Shown in pieces: positions 55,910 to 64,000 of a stretch of DNA of 64,000 nucleotides (within the stretch, counting starts at the first letter, position 1; each line of letters begins with the position of its first letter). Both the position numbers and the translations under genes were made by a program. The DNA is taken from NCBI RefSeq assembly GCF_006345805.1, contig NC_043006.1, positions 8,866,001-8,930,000 of the forward strand, in the 5' to 3' direction. This DNA comes from Octopus sinensis. Its lineage: Eukaryota. The notes beneath the pieces were generated by a model. That model was not told where the DNA came from, did no database searches, and worked only from the letters and a program-made list of their open reading frames with translations.

Positions 55910-56913
55910 TTTTGTATTCTATTATAATCAATCTATAGTGGTTTCGCAGCACTTGTCTCCATCTCAAACTTTTAACTGTAAGAGTTAGAACCACCTTTTC
56001 GAAATTAAAGTTACAGTTACCGCAAAAAATAAAAAATAAAAATAAGAAAATGGACAAAAATGACGATTTGGAGTTCATAGCATTACCTCATTTCTGTTGT
56101 TTTATTTGTATTCTTTGAAGTCAGACACCTTCTTGTGCTTCTACTGTTACTAAACCAAACTCTGGTCATTATTATACTATGTTGTTGGATATAAATTTTA
56201 TTCTTGTGGATCGATATACTTCAAGCACAGTGATAACCCATAAGTACACATCGCTATAAAAATAATGGTGAACACTTTTTTTGCTCAACAAAAATAAAAT
56301 TCATCTTTAATGGAACTGCTTCCAAGGAAAGAAACAGAAAAAAATGTAATTTGTCTGTTATTGACTTTCAAAATGGTACGTTTTATGTTTTATGTGCATT
56401 TGAGGTTATAAAGCATTAAGGTTTAATTTATGTCAATATCATAGGATGAAAGACACGTATATTACATGACTAATTATGGAAGATGAGATTTTGTCGGAAG
56501 ATCTAACAAACAACTCTGTAGACTGAATGTGGTTTATTTTATTTTATAACAATTTATCTTTGGTGACTGTTAATGCCGTTATTATTACTTTCGCCAATTT
56601 TTTTTTTCTGTCTGGATCGTTTTTTTAACAAAGTTATCGCTTTCCATTGATATCTCTCATATAAAATCTTCCACTCTCAATGGACGAAATACTTTCATTC
56701 GTCTCATTCTCCAAGTCATTATGTTTCTTGAATAAATAGTCTGATGTAGAAACTCAAATTCGCGATGTATTTTAACATGATTGCACCAAGTCAACTCGCA
56801 TGTTTAGTCACTGCAATGTATTGCATAATTGCCATCTTCATGATCATCGCCACGCAATCAACGTAATTGTTTTCGTTACTATCATCATCATCATCATTAT
56901 TATTATTATTATT

Positions 56914-58966
56914 CTATGTTTGACTTTTGCTTTATATTTGTACAAGTTGGCTCCAAGTCTCACCCAGAGACCTCAAGAGACAACAGGGTTGGAAGTTCAT
57001 GTTGTTGTTATGCCTAGTGTGCCATATATTTGGGGGGTGGGGATGTTGTACTAATGAATGTCTAAAAAAAAAGGTTTTTTTTTTTTTTTTTTAACCCGAA
57101 AATTATGTTTGTTTTAAACCTTGAGATTACATAGAGAGTATTTTGCGTAGGATATGAGCAGTTCCCATGAGCACTATCTTTTGAACTTCTGCCATTTTTG
57201 GGTTTCCTGGTATCTGAGTTAGGTAGCTATCAGCCCCTTTTGCTATCATTCCCAGGGCACCTATGACAACAGGTATTGTTTTAGTCTTCAGCTTCCACAT
57301 TTTGCTGATTTCTATTTCAAGATCTTTATACTTGCTCAGTTTTTGGTAGGTCTTGACAGATACGTTTATATCGATTGGGACAGTCATATCAATGAGGAGG
57401 CATGTTCTTTGTTTGAAGTTTTTCAATATGATGTCTGGCCTATTTGCATCTATCTTCCTGTCAGTTTGAATGGTGAAGTTCCAGAGGAGTGAGATGTGGT
57501 CATTTTCAAGCACTGGGGGTGGTTTGTGTTCCCACCACTTTTTTTCATGGGGCAAATCCAGGTTTTTACAGATTACCCAGTGAATATATTGTGCAGCTCT
57601 ATCGTGCCTGTTGAGATACTCTGTAGGCGCTAGAAGACTGCACTTGGAGACCACATGGTCCATGGCTTCATTTTGTTGCTTGCATACACGACACGTTGGA
57701 CTGCTTCTGATCTTTAATATGTTGGCCTGGTAGTTTCTTGTTGGTAGGCATTGATCTTGAGCTGCTATGATAACCCCTCTGTTTCAGATTTTAAGCCAGA
57801 GGCCATTAGCCATTGATGGGTCAGGGCTTTGTCGATATCTGCATTATTCGCTCTCTTTGGTATTTGCCATAGAGAGGTTTTTCTTGCCATTTATTATTCA
57901 GAATATCTAAGGCCGCAGTTTTGGCACGGTTTTCATGCGCCTAGCTTTTTCTGTGCTTGTTTCTTGTATATCTATCTCTAATTCCGAAATTGGTTGTATT
58001 CGGAATTCACTTAGATATTCCTTTGCCTGTTTTGTGACTGAGTATGATGCTTTCTTGTTTTCATGTTTTGAGACAAGTTTTAGCATCCAGTCCTCAGAGT
58101 TTTCAGGTAGGTGTCTAGGCCAATTGTAGCAATCTTCATTGTTATTGCCAGTTGCAAAAGACCACGGCCTCCCTCTTTTCTTGGCAGATAGAGTCGTTCT
58201 GTATCTGCCTTAGGGTGGTGCATTCTATGCATTGTCAACAGTTTCCTTATTTTTCTGTCAAGCTGACATATTTCAGTAATTGACCAGTTAACAATATTGA
58301 AACTGTAAGTCACGACTGGTATAGCTAATGCATTGATTGCTTCGATCCTGTTTCTTGCATTCAGCTCTGTCTTGAGTATTGCTCTCACTCTTCGATAGCA
58401 TTCTCTCCTGATCCTTTCCTTCATCTCTGAATGCCTTATTCCGTTCCCTTCAATTATCCCTAGGTACTTGTAGCTCTCCGCTGGGTCTAGTTCTTTTATG
58501 ACATTCTGTTGGTCAAGGTTAACGTTAGATGTTTCTGTCATTTTTCCTTTGATAAAGGTAGCCTTTGCACATTTATCGAGGCCGAATTGCATTCTGATGT
58601 CGTCACTGAATTGTTTGACTATCGCTAGTAAGCCCTTGAGTTGTTGATCATTTTTTGCAAAAAGCTTTAAATCATCCATGTAAACGAGATGATTTATATT
58701 TTTATCAAACATTTTATACCCGTACTGCGCATCATTGAGCAGCTTTGAGAGAGGTATTAAGGATAAACAAAAGAGGAGTGGTGACAGTGAGTCACCCTGG
58801 AAAATGCCACACGAAATTTTTACATCACCAGCATTTAGGGATTCACTGTCACTGTTCAGAGTTAGTGTGGTTCTCCATGATCTCATACTTACAGTCAAGA
58901 AGTTTCGCAGAGTTGGTGCTATCTTATACATTTCAAGGCATTTCCTAATCCAGCTATGTGGTAGGC

Positions 58967-58967
<1 letters not shown>
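56914..58967 (-). mobile_element. Young 5'-truncated R4/Dong-like LINE (family B) between (AAT)n tracts
   Basis: GIFQGDSLSPLLF, YMDDLKLFA, CRVC..DHVVSKC and RPDII..LIDMTVP..KLSKY. The 3' UTR matches 28710-28886. Confidence 0.95.
57127..58931 (-). pseudogene. Partial RT-RLE coding region of family B
   Basis: ORFs 58080..58931 (283 aa) and 57127..57663 (178 aa) are linked across a frameshift. Confidence 0.9.
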
Positions 58968-59044
<77 letters not shown>

Positions 59045-59060
59045 TATTATTATTATTATT

Positions 59061-59382
59061 TTATGTTTTACTTTTGCTTTACATTTGTACAAGTTGGCTC
59101 GAAGTCTCATCCAGAGACCTCAAGAGGCAACAAGTTGGAAGTTTATGTTAGTGTTATGCCCAGGGTGCCATATATTTGGTTTGTACTTGTGATGCCATAA
59201 GAAAATTAGATTATGGTTTCTTAAACATTCACTACTATAACATTATCTACAAAACCAAATATATTGTACCCTAGACATAACACCAACATGAACTTCCAAC
59301 TTATTATCTCTTGAGGTCTCTGGGTGAGACTTGGAGCCAACTTGTACAAATGTAAAGCAAAAGTCAAACATAGAATAATAAT
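59061..59382. mobile_element. Head-to-head pair of family B 3' ends
   Basis: Minus copy at 59061-59186 and plus copy at 59247-59373, separated by a spacer of about 60 nt. The AAT tails point outward. Confidence 0.88.
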
Positions 59383-59999
59383 CCTTATTATTATTATTAT
59401 TATTATTACTGCAAGACGAAGAGCGCGATGCGATTGGAATACAACGATTTTTCGACAGCAACCTCTACTTGTCGAGTTCAAAATAAGTATTTTATAACTG
59501 GCGAAAAAGTGTGGACGCTGGTTGCTCTTGTTTTTATTTTACATTTGAATTTCAATAATTTTGAATTTTTATCACTTTTTATTTTGTAATTGACAAAGAC
59601 AGGCTTGTTGTAGAAATAATATATCTATTGCAATCCTGGCGGCTCTTTGTCTGTTCTGTTTACCTTTGTTAAGAGTTACGACAATCATTTAAAAAACATG
59701 TTATTATAATTTATTACATTACAATTATGAATCCTCATTATTATTATTGTTATTGAGTGGGATGGCAGCGCATGTTCTCTTAACATGATCATCCTTGACG
59801 TAAACCCAACGTCACAATCATCAACATCATTGTCTTCAACATCCTCATTATCATGGTTATTAATTCCTTCATCCTTTTCTTTCCTTTCTTTCCACCTCCT
59901 TAATTTCTTAATTTTCATCTGATATTCATTTCACTCGTTACTTAGTGCTCTGCGAGCTTTATTATCCCTGAACGCGGTACAGGTTGTGTTCTTTGAGAC

Positions 60000-60641
60000 A
60001 GTTTGAAATATAATATAATCTACGGTTTTGTTCCGATCGGTGCTGGAAAGTTTTCAAATATTTTGATAATCCTGAACAGGATAATACTTTTATCTCTGAC
60101 AATTGATTTTTGATGTTCGTTGCTATTGCAAACAATTGTTATTCATTTTACATTTGCACATAAATATATGTTCAATGAAAGATTGCAGAGCTTCCAAAGC
60201 GCCACACAAAGCATTCTCTACGTCCATTTAAAATATCAGCCAGAATACACTGCAGCGATAACATTAAACACCAACGATTTTATATGTAAGTAATACCTTT
60301 GTTTAAAAGTGTTGCTAGAACCAATGTAGTGTATACGACGCTGAATCTTCTGCATTGGGTTTGCAGCGGGCAATCTGTCCCGGATCTGGATCTGCAATTG
60401 CAGCTATCAGGTCTATGGTGGTTAATTGGAGACAGACATGACATAGAGCTGGCATTGGCTAGGGTTGTATTAGATGAATCGATTGTGATATTGCTGTCGT
60501 TCCTACTATCGCTATCAACGACAGCGTTCCGATTATTATTTTTATTATCATCATTATCATTATAGGCGTCGCGGTTGTAATTATTATTACCATTACTAGT
60601 AGTAGTAGTAGTTATTAGTAGTAGTAGTAGTAGTAGTAGTA

Positions 60642-60691
<50 letters not shown>

Positions 60692-62850
60692 GTTGAAGCA
60701 GCAGCAACAGCCGTCCAAGAATTTGGACCTGGAGATCTCCATTTCCAGCGACTTCGAAGGCCACCTCCCAGTGGTGTCGGGCGTCAACGGAGAGCCCTCG
60801 ACTACAACAAGACGACCAATTTTTTTTCTTCCATGGTCTGGGGTGTCCCGCCCCTGAGCCCTAGACCATCATCTAATCACCCTTTCCCGTCTTGTTGCTT
60901 AACAACAACAACAACAGCAGCAGCAGCAGCAGCAACACCGGAAGTACTATCATCAGTACCAGTGTTAGTATTAGCGGTAGTAGAAGAGGTGGTATTTGTG
61001 ATGTTATTATTGCGGCTATTAATAGTTCCGCTTGTGGTAGTAGTGTTGATAATAGTACGGTTTTAAGTAATGGTAATGCTGCCGTTGGGGTTAGTATTAA
61101 CATTACTGCTATAATACATATACTTCAACTGACGTTTGAAATATATATATTATCAGTTGTAGTGGTTATAATATAATTAGTATTGTTAGTATCAGTGTGC
61201 CTATTAATTTTGTGTCGGTTTCAGGTGTGCGCCGATTACCCTCAGATGTGGGGATTGTATTATATATATTTAAGTTGTTTAAATTGGTCGAGTTAAATTG
61301 GTGAGTTAGATATGTTACTGCGATCGGTGTTAGTGTTTCCAGTGGTGTAGGTCTATAGTAGAGTTGCATGTATTTAGATCGTAGGAGCTAAGTCAACGGT
61401 TATTAAATGAAATGATAATACAGGGTCAGGCAAAATGATCCGACACATTTGTAGGTTAAATAAAAGGCAAATGAAGTAAAGAAACAAAAAAGTGTTTTTA
61501 TTTTTGAAAAGTACATATAATGCCATTTTGTTTCATTATGTATTTAAAATTAAATCTGTCAAATGGGATCCATTATTGTCCACACACTGTCGAAGGCGTT
61601 CACGAAAGTTGTCAATAACTCGGCGGGTCATTTTATGTGGAATGGCAGTAATTTCTTGACGAATTGCATCTTTAAGTTGTTCAATAGATCGAGGGCGATT
61701 AATGTATACCTTTGACTTGAGGTATCCCCAGAGAAAAACATCGCATGAGATGACCCGCCGAATTATTGACAACTTTCGCGAACGCCTTCGACAGTGTGTG
61801 GACAATAATGGATCCCATTTGACTGATTTAATTTTTAAAACATAATGAAACAAAATGGCATTATATGTACTTTTCAAAAATAAAAACACTTTTTTGTTTC
61901 TTTACTTCATTTGCCTTTTATTTAACCTACAAATGTGTCGGATCATTTTGCCTGACCCTGTAGATTCTGTCTTTGGTTTATTTGAATAGGATAATTTTAA
62001 AGTGGATCTGTTAATGATAGAAGTGTAGTTATGGTTACGTGGGAAGCTGGATTCTACTATTCTAAAGAAAGCTTTAGCGTGGCTCTTAATGTTTAAAGTG
62101 AACGGAAGTGTATACCAGAGAATAGATCTCCCGCCACTTTCATTAGGCAAGCTGGGGGAGATGGAATTCTTAGTGAATGTGAGAGGAAAATTGGAAGGTC
62201 TAATGTTAATATTAGCGTTCGTAGGTCGATTGTTGTGCGTGGGCGAGATTGACTGATCGTAGCTGGAGGGATTGGATTTCTAATATTTGTGTGCGTTTGT
62301 CCAGACCTAAAATTCGAGACGTGTTCCTTAGGTCTAGTGTCGGGTATACATTTATTCTTCTGGGAGATACCACTTGCAGCTAGAGCTTGGTTATAGTAGT
62401 TGGCGTAGATATTGAAGACTTTTTTCACCGGCGGATACATCGGATATTCTTATGGATATGCCTTTGATTATGCTTTCGAATGTAGATTTATGGTGGCTAG
62501 ATTCTTTGTTGATGTATTTAAGGTCTTGATTAGGTTTATGACATGGAAAGTATAGTGAAGAGTTTAAATCTAAAGTAATATCTAGCAAATTTGCTGTCCT
62601 GTAAGTGTTTTCAAAAGAGATAGATAGGTTAAAGAATGTATGTGTTTTCTAAGTTTTGCTAATACAGACCTCATTGAAATCTTTAAATCTTTTATAGCCT
62701 AATTTGGATGAGACAGTTCTCATCCGAACCGTTTTAAAAAATCACGTGACCTTACCATATATTTTAGTCCAGCTGTGTCCACAACTTCCTACAAATCAGA
62801 GTCTTCCATCCCAAATGCCTCTCTGAGTTCTCGAATGTGCTCACTGCCGA
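60000..62850 (-). mobile_element. Degenerate Penelope-like element 1 (RT end, linker, low-complexity insert, GIY-YIG)
   Basis: NLLDITLDLN..HKPNQDLKYINKESSH (62391..62588), ILWYTLPF..LKLSYS (61902..62150), and manual translations of SCNCRSRSGTDCPLQTQC..VVYTTLV..ITYI (60280-60445) and FKWT..KLCNLSL. Confidence 0.8.
61421..61960. mobile_element. 540-bp fold-back derivative of a rosa/maT-like IS630-Tc1-mariner element
   Basis: TA|CAGGGT...ACCCTG|TA with arms of about 215 bp. Encodes CDVFLWGYLKSKVY..RLRQCVDNNGSHL. Confidence 0.9.
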
Positions 62851-63268
62851 CAAGCACCAATTACAGACGAAGTGGTGTAATCCCCAGAAATGTCAATATT
62901 TCTCACTAAGTTCATGTACACTTTTCTATATACAAAAAAAGGTTTTTATTTCTCACACGTTGATTGGGAGGTTTGCTTGTTTTCTTTTGTTGTAGGAATA
63001 GGGTCAGCATTTCATGAGACATGTTGGGGGCTGGTGTCTGCCAGGGAAGGGCATGTTGGGGGTAGGACGGGAACGGGCTGGGGGTCATCATCACTGATGT
63101 GCATTCTCTTCTGCTGCTTTCTCTGTTCCTTCCTGTTAATCGTTTTCAACTGCTGCATTATTCATGGATTCTCTAATACACAATTTACATACACGCGTAA
63201 TTGTATTGTACAGAAGTGCTTATATTATTACTGACAAAGACAATGTGTATTGTATATTTTTTTTAGTT

Positions 63269-64000
63269 TTAGTTCTTTATATACGAATCTAGCATTTTAG
63301 AAGACTTATATTTTGCGTTAGTGAAAGAGTGCAAATGGGCCATATATCTACGTTTAAGGTCTTCAGAGCTTCCTATATAAACTCCTACCCTCTGTTTAGC
63401 AGGAACACAACACCTATATAATACGTTGTTACCTAAACGGGATCCGGCTAACGGACACGACTTCCTTATTAAACAATTACACGTTCCAACCACCACCCGA
63501 AATCAGCATGAGTTTTCCGGGTATTAGAGGTTAAGTCGACCCCGACATTGAAGAGCTGACCTGGCGTAATGTGTACTTTAGAGCTAGTGTGAATTTCGGT
63601 GTTATAGAGTTCATTATAAAGATTTGTCTGGGTAGATTTCTTACGGCTGAGTTTAAATCTATTGATGGAAGCTATGACCGAACCTCAATTCCGAGTAGTT
63701 GAGTACGACAATTTCACAGATGATTCACTAAAAATAGGATATGAATTTAGGAACATTTCCTTCAGTATCTTAAAACAAGTTAAGTAAAGATTTGACGTGA
63801 AGAGAGAAGGGCGGGGCAAATCATATAATTTCACGTTTCCTAGATATAAAGTTTTTGGTTTGATTAAATTGGTTGAGGACGCAGGCTTTATATTTATGTG
63901 AATTCCTAAATGCCATGTTATGAATTCTTTGTAGATTGCTGCTGCTTTTATACATGCTTTTACAAAGATTGTATGGGAATATATGACAGGTATCAATATG
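63269..64000 (-). mobile_element. Penelope-like element 2, linker plus GIY-YIG (continues past the window)
   Basis: CNCLIRKSCPLAG..NVLY..VYIGSSEDLKRRYMAHLHSF (63269..63496) and SVKLSYS (63685..63996). Confidence 0.85.

Overview
This is AT-rich, microsatellite-dense animal genomic DNA. The SINE set and repeat texture point to an octopus, which is an inference. No prokaryotic or viral system is visible, and no host gene can be identified: there are only a few weak, unassignable exon candidates. The window is dominated by transposable elements. These include RLE-type non-LTR retrotransposons of the R4/Dong group sitting in (AAT)n tracts (one near-full-length copy at 3.5-7.3 kb), an RTE fragment, two Penelope-like (GIY-YIG) remnants, Tc1/mariner remnants, Helitron-like non-autonomous elements and about 15 tRNA-derived SINEs. 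The most notable signal is absent from the ORF track. Three unrelated fold-back elements (30.9, 38.1 and 54.3 kb) each carry a complete or near-canonical type I hammerhead ribozyme on the minus strand, paired with an inverted half-copy that lacks the CUGANGA core. A fourth, degenerate double copy lies at 49.4-50.5 kb. Also notable are an 8-unit, 184-bp SINE-body array with a 3-unit higher-order repeat inside a single 19-bp target-site duplication, a head-to-head pair of LINE 3' ends, and a transposase-derived fold-back inserted into a Penelope element. All alignments and RNA folds were done by eye, and element boundaries are approximate unless a TSD or TIR is quoted.
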